A DNA stretch of 32,116 bases from a candidate division WOR-3 bacterium. GTDB taxonomy: Bacteria; Hydrothermota; Tepidihabitantia; Tepidihabitantales; Tepidihabitantaceae. The notes beneath the pieces are model-generated. The model saw only the letters and a program-made list of their open reading frames with translations. It had not been told where the DNA came from and did no database searches. This document shows positions 1 to 7,983 of this stretch, piece after piece (the stretch's first letter is position 1; every line of letters starts with the position of its first letter). The position numbers and the translations under genes were made by a program. Location: contig CBFGKH010000013.1 in NCBI GenBank assembly GCA_965649295.1, positions 1 through 32,116 on the forward strand, in the 5' to 3' direction.

Positions 1-2
1 TC

Positions 3-371
3 CTACCGCCAATCAAGGCGGACGCAGTCAAGCTCGAACACGTCTTTATCAACCTACTCGACAATGCCGTCAAGTACACGGAGAGCGGCACGGTGACGGT
101 AGGCGTGAAGCTCGTGGCGTCGGCGACAGATAGTGGCCGGGCCTCGCTGGCAATCACAGTCAAGGATACTGGTCTGGGCATCGGTCCCGAGCATCTGCCG
201 CGCATCTTCGAGCGTTTCTACGTGGTCGATAAATCGCGGTCGCGACGGGTGGGCGGGACCGGACTCGGACTGGCAATCGCCAAGCACATCGTCCAGCTCC
301 ACGGTGGCGAGGTTGGTGTGCAGTCGGTGCCGGGCGTAGGCACAACCTTTACTGTCTATCTGCCGGTCTAG
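3..371 (+). CDS. Sensor histidine kinase, C-terminal HATPase_c domain (PhoR/WalK-like), truncated by the window start
   Basis: Open frame from base 3: N box (VFINLLDNAVKYT), G1 (VKDTGLGI), F box (IFERFYVVDKSRSR), G2 (GGTGLGLAIAKHIV), ending GTTFTVYLP. Confidence 0.93.
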   Translation, partial: LPPIKADAVKLEHVFINLLDNAVKYTESGTVTVGVKLVASATDSGRASLAITVKDTGLGIGPEHLPRIFERFYVVDKSRSRRVGGTGLGLAIAKHIVQLHGGEVGVQSVPGVGTTFTVYLPV

Positions 372-478
372 GCAAGCGGCCACTTTGGCAGGCTTGTGCT
401 GAGCTGATTCTCCGTTTATACAGCCCAAATCTAGCTGGTGATAATGGACTTGGTTGGGAAGGGATGTCCCGCGTTGCC

Positions 479-511
479 ATCGGGCGGGGGTGCGAACCCC
501 CGCCCGATTTT
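479..511 (+). terminator. Strong GC-rich hairpin with GNRA loop, probable intrinsic terminator or attenuator
   Basis: ATCGGGCGGGGGT-GCGA-ACCCCCGCCCGAT (13-bp stem) followed by a short T run. Confidence 0.6.
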
Positions 512-542
512 CCGAACCAAGGCGAACCAAACGGAGCGTGGT

Positions 543-1358
543 ATGAAGATTGTTCATCTGTCTGATTTGCATGTAGCCGGCGGGTATTTTGTGCCAGATT
601 GGGCCGACCATGTGGTTGAGGCGAGTGAGAGTATCCGGCCGGACCTAACCATCATTACCGGCGACCTGACGACCGAGGGCCATATCGATGAGTATGAAAG
701 GGCACTGCGTCTCATTAGGCAGTTGCGGACCGGTGCACTAGTGGTTGTGCCCGGCAATCACGACGCTCGTAATGAAGGCTACATGTTGTTCGAGGAGCTG
801 TTTCGCACCCGCTATCCTTCCTATGAGGACGAGGCAGTAGTCGTGCTTGGCATTGATTCAAGCCAACCGGATATTGATGATGGTCACGTTGGCCGATCTA
901 ACTATCCGTTGATTGCTGAGCGGCTGCGACCGTCACCGCGGTTACGCGTGCTGGCGATGCACCACCATCTGATTCCGATACCGGGCACCGGTCGCGAACG
1001 ACACATTCCTTCCGATTCCGGTGACGTTCTGCGGCTGTGCGTTGAGCAGGGAATTGATCTGATTCTCTCTGGGCACAAGCATCTGCCTTGGGTTTGGCGT
1101 CTGGAGAACACCTATCTTGTCACCGGTGGCACCGCGACGTCGCGTCGGCTCAAGGGACGGTCGTATCCTTCGTTCAATGTTGTCACTCTGGCCAACGGCA
1201 TATTGGTTGTCGAGGAGCATAATGTTGCGACCGGCGCAGTCCGAAATGTGCTTTCGTTGCGCAGACCAGCTCAGTCCGAGCGGCCTGATATGCTCGGCGC
1301 TTGGGCCAGACCAGATATGGCTGTGACCGGCCGACTGTTGCAGCCAACCGGTGCCTAG
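543..1358 (+). CDS. Calcineurin-like metallophosphoesterase (CpdA/Icc-like)
   Basis: Motifs HLSDLH, TGDLT, PGNHD, MHHH, SGHKH; start moved to ATG 543 (MKIVHLSD) with GGAG upstream. Confidence 0.9.
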   Translation: MKIVHLSDLHVAGGYFVPDWADHVVEASESIRPDLTIITGDLTTEGHIDEYERALRLIRQLRTGALVVVPGNHDARNEGYMLFEELFRTRYPSYEDEAVVVLGIDSSQPDIDDGHVGRSNYPLIAERLRPSPRLRVLAMHHHLIPIPGTGRERHIPSDSGDVLRLCVEQGIDLILSGHKHLPWVWRLENTYLVTGGTATSRRLKGRSYPSFNVVTLANGILVVEEHNVATGAVRNVLSLRRPAQSERPDMLGAWARPDMAVTGRLLQPTGA

Positions 1359-4300
1359 TTAGGGTCGGCGCAGCAGGACGAGTTTGCGGATTTCGTTATT
1401 GATTCTGATAAAGTAGATGCCGGGCTGAGTCAAGTTAGCTGTCACCTTGCGACCGGTGATGTCGTAGGCCGGTTCTGCAAGTGGTCCGAGCGGTCGGTTT
1501 GTTTCCGAGCGCCGGACAGCAGAGACGGCTGAGAGTAGTGGCGACGGCGGACAGTCACCGACGGTTGGGTCAAACATCCAGAACTCGGTTGCGCCGCCGC
1601 CCTTGAAGGCGTAACATCGGCCCAGGTAGTAAGCCAGCGCGCCGCCTTCCCGGATGCGGTAACGGTGACGGGATTCAGGTAGGTCGGCAAGCTGTTGCCA
1701 TTGGTCTGCCTGTCGATCGTAGCGCCAGAACTCGTTCGAGCCACCACCCTTGAAAGCATAGCAGTAGCGATTGCCGTCGCTGGTCAGGGCCGCACCCTTT
1801 CGGGCTTTGCGGTGATGGCCAGATGCACTGGTCAGGGGCAGGTTCGCACGTTGCCGCCACGAGTCACCGATCGGGAAGTATTCGTAGAACTCATTGGTGC
1901 CGCCTTTCAGGCAGAAGATTCGCCCGGCCAGGCTAGTGAGGGCGGTGCCATTGCGAGCTGGCAGCGAATCAGGTCCGGGCGGCAGCGGCCGGCGGCTGTG
2001 CCACTGGTTCTGTCTAAGCCAATAAACGAGAAACTCGCGCGTGCCGCTGCCCTTGATTGCGAAGAGTCTGTTCGTGTCACCAGCCAGATAGACTAGGTCA
2101 GACCCAAACCGAAACTCACGGGTAAAAGTTGGGATCGGAACGAGGCTCGACCACGAGTCGGCAACGGCGTCGTATTGCCAGAGCTCACGGGTTCGATTCC
2201 CCTTGATCAGAAAGACGCAGTTGCTGCCGTCTGAACATAGGGCAGCGCCATGGCGGGGATTCCGATTGGACTGACCAGGCGGCACGTCGGCGCAGCGATG
2301 CCAGGAGTCGGTAGTGGCAAAGTAGCGAAAGCAGCGGGGCCGATTCCCAGCGGTGATTGCGAACAGCCCAGCGCTGAATGGACAGAGACTACCGCCAGCG
2401 CGGACACCGCGCTGGTCGGGCACGGGTTGCAGTCCAAACCAGTGGCGATTGAGCAATGATTCGACTAGGACAGTTGTCTGCAAGGTGTCGTTGGTTCCGT
2501 TCTCGTCGCCAGCCAGTCGGACCCAGGCATGCAGCCGGAACCAGCCGGGTTGGGCGGTCCATGGACTTAGCGTCAGTGTTCTGCTCTGACCGGGAGCGAC
2601 GGCGACTGTGGCTGAGTCAGCATATACTGGTTGACCAGTGTCGGCCACAATGCCCAGTAGCACATTCGGTTCGGCGGTTTCATCGCCTAGGTTGGCGATG
2701 CGCAATACGGGTACGGTTGAACCGGTTGGGATCGTGTCGGCAGGATGTTCAATTGCCGTTAGTGCGGCATCAATTGTCGCCACCCGGAAGTCGGCGCTTG
2801 TCGTATCATTGGCTGGTTGACGGTCGTTCGCGAGTTCTGTCCAGCAGACAGCGGTGTAGTTGCCGCTGTGCGTGATTTCCCAGGGAGCGAACTCGACGGT
2901 GCGACTCTCACTTGGTTCAAGCCAGACGACGAGCGACTCCTGATAGGCCGTGTCGGGAGAATTGAGAATCGTGAAACGAACCGGTACGGCTGCTGCGTCG
3001 TTACCTCGATTTGCCACGCTGGCTGCAGGCACGACCTGGCCGCGGCTAATGACCTCAAGCGGCCGCAGAATCGCAAGCGCAGCTGCGTCAACATTGCGTA
3101 CCACGCAGAACCGACGATGGATAGTGTCGTTGCCGGGATGAAGGTCGCGGTCGCAGCGTAGCGAGCAGTGGAGCACGAACTCACCAGGCTCAACTCGCCA
3201 CGAAGCCAGCATGACTAGGCGAGCGGTGCCGGCAGGCAGGACAACGCTCGTTGACTCAGCGTAGCCAGAGGGCTCAATCCACGCTAGTACCGATACGGTG
3301 GCACTGGCGTTGCCGCGGTTGGTTAACCAGACACCTGGCCGAAGGGTGTCGGTGAGAATTGTGTCAGCCAGGCCGACAAGGCTGTCGGCAGCAGCATCGA
3401 GTACCCGCACAAAGAGCGACTCCTGCATGGCGTTGTTACTGCGGTTCCATTCATCACTGATACCGGTTGAGCAAGCGATGGTCACGAGACCACGGTAATG
3501 CAGGAGGCATGAATCCCATGTAACACGCACCGATTCACGAGCAGCGACTGTCGGCACAATGCGTACCACGGTTGTGTCCGGAGTCGTGAACCAGATTGGG
3601 ACATCGGATTCGGTGCTGTCACCATTGTTTTGTAGCCAGACAATCAGGCTACATTGCAGACCTGAATCAACAGGCATAGATGCCGACAGTCTGGCTACGC
3701 CGACATCGCGCAGACGACGATAGAATCGTCGGCAATAGATGTCAGGGCTGACCGAGCTGTTGCGCCGGTCATACCAGACAACCTGAATCGAACCATCAGG
3801 CCCGCAACTGACCGAGGGATTGTAGCGGTCGGACTGCGCTGCAGTCAGCGTGTCAATGGGCGACCAGTTCTGGCCCAAGCTGTCGCCGCAGCTATGGTGA
3901 ACTTGTCTATAGTTCCCGAGTAGGGCGCACCAAGTGACGTGCGGTCGGTTGAACTCATCAACAGCAATCGATCCTGGGTCTTGGACTGTTACTGGCCGCG
4001 GTAGGAGAACGCTGTCGTGCCAGACGCCATTGCGGCACTGCCGATAGACGAGTCTGGTATCGGAGCTCGCCAATTCTGCCCAGCAGATGGTGTGAATCGT
4101 GCCGTTCGGTTCGGCAGCGACTGATGGTGCACTGTTTCTGACGTAGTCGCCAAGGAGCGTGAACGTGCTTCCCCAGCCTGAGTGCGGAGCCCAAGTTCGG
4201 GCAAATGCTTTCCCACCTGCCGCGGTTGTAATCCAGCAGACCGTCGCGCAGCTGTCATCAGCTAGCCCGGTTGCTGGCCAAATGTGATTCCCCTCGCTTG

Positions 4301-4871
4301 CGGTTGGACTGATCAGTTCAGGGGTGCTCCAGCCGTTGCCCGCCCTTCGACTGAAGTAGCAACCCCAATAGCTACTGGTCCGAATTGCACACCAGGCAGT
4401 GACAACGAAGCCTGGCTGACGGACAGCAATGCTGGGGCAGGCGGCGTTGGTTCGTGTCGCAACGGTTTCGACAGCAGCCCATTGTCTGTTCGACTCAAAC
4501 CAACAACGGTAGTAGATTGTCGAGTCGGCCTGCCAGACGACGTGGACGTTGCCCGAATCGTCAACTGCCAGTGCCGGTCTGCGAGCGCTACTGCCAATGG
4601 GTGAGATGGTGACCACTGTGTCCCAGAGGCCGAGCCGGGCATCCCAGCGTCGGTAGCGGATAGAGTAACTGGCTCCGGTGCGGCTGTACCAGACCACACT
4701 GATGTTACCCTGTCGGTCGCAGCCGATACACTTAGCATTCACCGGTGAGGTGGAGTCAGCCACACCGGCCGAATCTGATAGCCTTTCTTCGGGCAGCCAA
4801 CTGCCACTGGCAACCGAAAGGATAGCGAGAAGCAGGGCTGCAGCAGAGGCTGGTTTGGCGATTATTTTCAC
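1359..4871 (-). CDS. Large secreted protein: N-terminal beta-propeller-like repeats, about 4 CARDB/Ig-like repeats, Kelch-like propeller, T9SS-type C-terminal sorting-like tail
   Basis: Signal peptide after GTG 4871 (KIIAKPASAAALLLAILSVASG); P-s-i-a-v-d..vhvvW repeats; CARDB-like N.G...D..p.NDT repeats; Kelch-like KGG..EFW.YD...D.W..L repeats; C-terminus YDITGRKV..PGIYFIR..RKLVLLR. Confidence 0.85.
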   Translation of the reverse strand: MKIIAKPASAAALLLAILSVASGSWLPEERLSDSAGVADSTSPVNAKCIGCDRQGNISVVWYSRTGASYSIRYRRWDARLGLWDTVVTISPIGSSARRPALAVDDSGNVHVVWQADSTIYYRCWFESNRQWAAVETVATRTNAACPSIAVRQPGFVVTAWCAIRTSSYWGCYFSRRAGNGWSTPELISPTASEGNHIWPATGLADDSCATVCWITTAAGGKAFARTWAPHSGWGSTFTLLGDYVRNSAPSVAAEPNGTIHTICWAELASSDTRLVYRQCRNGVWHDSVLLPRPVTVQDPGSIAVDEFNRPHVTWCALLGNYRQVHHSCGDSLGQNWSPIDTLTAAQSDRYNPSVSCGPDGSIQVVWYDRRNSSVSPDIYCRRFYRRLRDVGVARLSASMPVDSGLQCSLIVWLQNNGDSTESDVPIWFTTPDTTVVRIVPTVAARESVRVTWDSCLLHYRGLVTIACSTGISDEWNRSNNAMQESLFVRVLDAAADSLVGLADTILTDTLRPGVWLTNRGNASATVSVLAWIEPSGYAESTSVVLPAGTARLVMLASWRVEPGEFVLHCSLRCDRDLHPGNDTIHRRFCVVRNVDAAALAILRPLEVISRGQVVPAASVANRGNDAAAVPVRFTILNSPDTAYQESLVVWLEPSESRTVEFAPWEITHSGNYTAVCWTELANDRQPANDTTSADFRVATIDAALTAIEHPADTIPTGSTVPVLRIANLGDETAEPNVLLGIVADTGQPVYADSATVAVAPGQSRTLTLSPWTAQPGWFRLHAWVRLAGDENGTNDTLQTTVLVESLLNRHWFGLQPVPDQRGVRAGGSLCPFSAGLFAITAGNRPRCFRYFATTDSWHRCADVPPGQSNRNPRHGAALCSDGSNCVFLIKGNRTRELWQYDAVADSWSSLVPIPTFTREFRFGSDLVYLAGDTNRLFAIKGSGTREFLVYWLRQNQWHSRRPLPPGPDSLPARNGTALTSLAGRIFCLKGGTNEFYEYFPIGDSWRQRANLPLTSASGHHRKARKGAALTSDGNRYCYAFKGGGSNEFWRYDRQADQWQQLADLPESRHRYRIREGGALAYYLGRCYAFKGGGATEFWMFDPTVGDCPPSPLLSAVSAVRRSETNRPLGPLAEPAYDITGRKVTANLTQPGIYFIRINNEIRKLVLLRRP

Positions 4872-4891
4872 GCGAAGTGCTACTTGCCACA

Positions 4892-4919
4892 AATCTAGAG
4901 ACCGCAACCCAACTGTCAA
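4892..4919 (-). promoter_or_regulatory. sigma70-type promoter for the large secreted protein
   Basis: TTGACA (4919-4914), 16 bp, TAGATT (4897-4892), about 20 nt above GTG 4871. Confidence 0.6.
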
Positions 4920-5170
4920 CGGCGTTAGAAGCGTCTTGGATACCGTCGATCCGCAACGGAGTTTCAGGTTGTGGTAATTCTTGTGCAGAATGCATCACGG
5001 GGGCGTCTCGCAAGTTTCGCAATGGAGACTGCGGTTTGCCCCGTAGATTACTGTTATTGGCGCCTGAATGACACAGTCTACCGGGTTACTTTGCGGGAGC
5101 GCCGGTGGACGTGATGGTTGATTGGGGTCTAGAGCGTGCGGCTGATTCTAAGCCTGGCCGTCGGTCAGCC

Positions 5171-5198
5171 TTGACTATTGGCCGGGTTTGTCTATGCT
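5171..5198 (+). promoter_or_regulatory. sigma70-type promoter of the rpsR operon
   Basis: TTGACT (5171-5176), 16 bp, TATGCT (5193-5198). Confidence 0.6.
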
Positions 5199-5210
5199 TG
5201 GCTGCGAATT

Positions 5211-5438
5211 ATGATGAGACGCAAAGGACCGAACCGCCGGCGGAAGTCGTGTTACTTCTGCGATAAGCGCGTGAGCGAGGTTGACTACCGTGACCCGCAT
5301 CTGCGCGACTTTCTTTCCGAGAAGGGTAAGATTGTTTCGAGCAAGGTTTCCGGTGTCTGTGCTAGACATCAGCGCCGACTGGCGCGGGCCATCAAGACGG
5401 CACGGACAATGGCCTTGTTGCCTTACAATCCGATCTGA
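5211..5438 (+). CDS. rpsR: 30S ribosomal protein S18 (zinc-binding C+ form)
   Basis: RRKSCYFC..VDYRD..L..FLSEKGKI...SGVCARHQRRLARAIKTAR..ALLPY; start ATG 5211 or 5214. Confidence 0.96.
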   Translation: MMRRKGPNRRRKSCYFCDKRVSEVDYRDPHLRDFLSEKGKIVSSKVSGVCARHQRRLARAIKTARTMALLPYNPI

Positions 5439-5878
5439 TGAAGGTTATTCTACTGGCGGATGTTGACCGGGTCGGTGCACGCGGTACGGTCGTGAACGTC
5501 AAAGACGGCTATTTCCGCAACTATCTTCTTCCGCGTAAGCTGGCAATCGCAGCAACACCATCGCAGTTGCGGCAGCTCGACCGGATCAAGGAGCAGATTG
5601 AATCGCGCGAGGCCAAGATCACCAAGAAGCTGGCCGATGCAGCGAGTCGCCTGGGCCTAGTGACAATCAAGACAGCCCTGAAGATGGGACCAGAGGGTGC
5701 GTTTGGCGCGGTCACCCATGCCGACATCGCTGAACTACTGGCCAAAGAAGGTCACCCGGTTGACAAGCACGCCATTGTTCTGGACGAGCCAATCAAGGCA
5801 CCGGGCGTGTACGACATCGGCATCAAGCTTGGCCATCAGGTAACTGCAACCGTCAAGCTCTGGGTCGCCGAGGGCTGA
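5438..5878 (+). CDS. rplI: 50S ribosomal protein L9
   Basis: MKVILLADV..VG..G.VVNVKDGYFRNYLLP; C-terminal FGAVT..DIA..L and PIKAPG.Y; TGATG coupling to rpsR. Confidence 0.97.
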   Translation: MKVILLADVDRVGARGTVVNVKDGYFRNYLLPRKLAIAATPSQLRQLDRIKEQIESREAKITKKLADAASRLGLVTIKTALKMGPEGAFGAVTHADIAELLAKEGHPVDKHAIVLDEPIKAPGVYDIGIKLGHQVTATVKLWVAEG

Positions 5879-5903
5879 CAATGGGCGCGCCACGCGCCAG
5901 CCG

Positions 5904-6392
5904 ATGATTGAGGTCCGCGTCGTCGGCATTCTGCTCGACAGCACGAGTAATTCGCCGGTTGTGCTCCTGCGTGAGCTAGACAACGATCGGGTCTTACCGA
6001 TTGTCATCGGCCCCTTGGAGGCAGCCGCGATTGACTACGCCCTGAACGGTGTTGTCGCACCGCGGCCGCTGACCTTAGATTTGATGCGCCGGCTGGTAGA
6101 GGGAATGGCAGGCAGAGTCTCGCGGGTGGTCATAACCCGGATTGAGAATGATACCTTCTTTGCCGATGTTGTCATTGAGACGGCTGAGCGCGTGGTCGCA
6201 ATTGATGCTCGGCCGTCTGACTCAATTGGGCTGGCTCTGCGTTGTGGGGTTCCGGTTTTTGTCGCTGAGGAGGTAATGGAGCAGGCTGGACAGTGGATTA
6301 CAGCGGCCGATGAGGAGCGGCTGCGGGAGTTGCGCGAGCGCGCTCGCAACCTGAAGCCGGAAGAGTTCGGTGACTACCGGATGCAGCAGTGA
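5904..6392 (+). CDS. Bifunctional nuclease family protein (DUF151/BFN)
   Basis: PVVLLRE..RVLPIVIG..EA.AI...RPLTLDL, IDARPSDSIGLALR. Confidence 0.92.
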   Translation: MIEVRVVGILLDSTSNSPVVLLRELDNDRVLPIVIGPLEAAAIDYALNGVVAPRPLTLDLMRRLVEGMAGRVSRVVITRIENDTFFADVVIETAERVVAIDARPSDSIGLALRCGVPVFVAEEVMEQAGQWITAADEERLRELRERARNLKPEEFGDYRMQQ

Positions 6393-6399
6393 GCGAAGA

Positions 6400-7602
6400 G
6401 TGGCGGCAGTGACGATTGCTGACTTCAAGCGCGGAATTGATCGCCTCGAAACCGAGGCCGAGCTGGTAGCGAAGCTCGAGCAATCGCGAAGAACAGGCCG
6501 GCCGTTGCGGGTGAAGCTGGGCATTGATGCTTCGGGTCCGGATATTCATCTTGGTTTCGCGGTGCCGTTGCGCAAGCTGCGTCAGTTTCAGGATGCCGGT
6601 CACACCGCTGTGCTGATTATCGGCGACTTCACCGGTAGCATCGGCGACCCGACCGGCCGGTCCAAGACCCGGCCCCAGCTCACTGACGAGCAGATTAGGG
6701 CAAATATGGAGCGGTATCGGGAACAGGTATTCAAGATTCTTGATCCGGCGCGTTGTGAGTTCCGCTACAACTCAGAGTGGTCGAATTCGTTGGGAGGCGC
6801 CGACGTTATCAAGTTGGCCTCAAAATACACGGTTGCCCGGTTGATTGAGCGCGATGACTTCAAGAAGCGGCTCGAGGCCGGGGTACCGATCCATGTCCAT
6901 GAGTTGCTCTATCCGTTGTTTCAGGGGTACGACTCGGTGGCGGTACGTTCCGATATCGAGCTCGGCGGCGCGGACCAGTATTGGAATCTGCTCGTTGGCC
7001 GGGAGTTGCAGCGCGAGTTCGGCCAGGAACCGCAGGTGGTGATGACGATGCCGTTGTTGGTAGGGTTGGATGGTGTACAGAAGATGTCGAAGTCATACGG
7101 CAACTATGTTGGTATCACCGAATCGCCGCACGAGATGTTCGGTAAGTTGATGTCAATCCCGGATAGTCTGATAATCAACTACTACACGCTTTGCACCGAC
7201 CGTAGCGAGACAGAAATCAGAGCAATCGAGCAACGCTTGGCAGCCGGTGAGAACCCACGCAATGTTAAGGCAGAACTCGCCCGCGAGATTATCACTATGT
7301 ATCACTCAGCCGCAGCCGCGGCCATGGCCGCGGCCGAGTTTGACCGAGTATTTCGCGAGCGACAGGCGCCAACCGAGATACCGGAGTGGAGCGTGCCGAA
7401 GGCGGGGCAGAACATTGTCGAGCTGCTGGTGGGCACGGGTCTTCTCCCCTCAAAGAGTGAGGCCCGACGCAAGCTGGCCGAGGGAGCAGTAGAGCTGGGT
7501 GATGAGCGGATTACCGATCCGGCAACGGTCGTCCGAGTGCAAGAGCCGGTCGTGCTGCGAGCGGGGAAGCGCCGTTTCCTGCGACTGGTTCCTGGTCGTT
7601 GA
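6400..7602 (+). CDS. tyrS: Tyrosine--tRNA ligase
   Basis: KLGIDASGPDIHLG (HIGH-like), IGDPTGRSKTRP, YPLFQGYDS, ELGGADQ, KMSKS, C-terminal S4 domain; start GTG 6400 or 6409. Confidence 0.97.
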   Translation: MAAVTIADFKRGIDRLETEAELVAKLEQSRRTGRPLRVKLGIDASGPDIHLGFAVPLRKLRQFQDAGHTAVLIIGDFTGSIGDPTGRSKTRPQLTDEQIRANMERYREQVFKILDPARCEFRYNSEWSNSLGGADVIKLASKYTVARLIERDDFKKRLEAGVPIHVHELLYPLFQGYDSVAVRSDIELGGADQYWNLLVGRELQREFGQEPQVVMTMPLLVGLDGVQKMSKSYGNYVGITESPHEMFGKLMSIPDSLIINYYTLCTDRSETEIRAIEQRLAAGENPRNVKAELAREIITMYHSAAAAAMAAAEFDRVFRERQAPTEIPEWSVPKAGQNIVELLVGTGLLPSKSEARRKLAEGAVELGDERITDPATVVRVQEPVVLRAGKRRFLRLVPGR

Positions 7603-7658
7603 CCGGCACAGTGATACGGGTAGCGCTAGTACTACAACTGAATTGAAAGGAGTGAGCA

Positions 7659-7967
7659 ATGGCTGATGAAAGACAGCAACCGGCCGGACCACCGGTGCAG
7701 ATTGAGATTGGCGAGAAGGAGTCGGAGGGTGTCTATTCGAACTTCGTTTTGATTGCCCACTCGCCTTCGGAGTTCATTATTGACTTTGCCAGGATCTTGC
7801 CCGGCCTACCTAAAGCCAAGGTATTCGCGCGCATCGTTATGACACCGCAGCATGCGCAACTGCTGCATAACGCGCTGGCCGACAATATCAAGAAATACGA
7901 AGACCGGTTTGGGAAGATCAAGCTCCACGGCAAAGAAGAAGACATGGCCCGCAGCATGGGCTTCTAG
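7659..7967 (+). CDS. DUF3467 family protein
   Basis: EGVYSNFVLIAHSPSEFIIDF..ARIVMTPQHA..L..AL.DNI.KYE..FG.I; SD AAAGGAG. Confidence 0.88.
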   Translation: MADERQQPAGPPVQIEIGEKESEGVYSNFVLIAHSPSEFIIDFARILPGLPKAKVFARIVMTPQHAQLLHNALADNIKKYEDRFGKIKLHGKEEDMARSMGF

Positions 7968-7983
7968 TCCCGCTGTTCCGGAT

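Noticed and set aside
486..503. GGGGG-TGCGAAC-CCCC resembles a tRNA T-arm
   Set aside because: No TTC, D-arm, anticodon arm or acceptor/CCA; better explained as a GNRA-capped hairpin
438..542. N-terminal extension of the phosphoesterase ORF
   Set aside because: The family motif begins at MKIVHLSD, with an SD before ATG 543; the extension spans the hairpin
5000..5045. Minus-strand GGGCAAACC...GAAA...GACGC resembling a c-di-GMP-I riboswitch
   Set aside because: The conserved GCAAAG junction and second hairpin are missing, and it lies upstream of the predicted promoter
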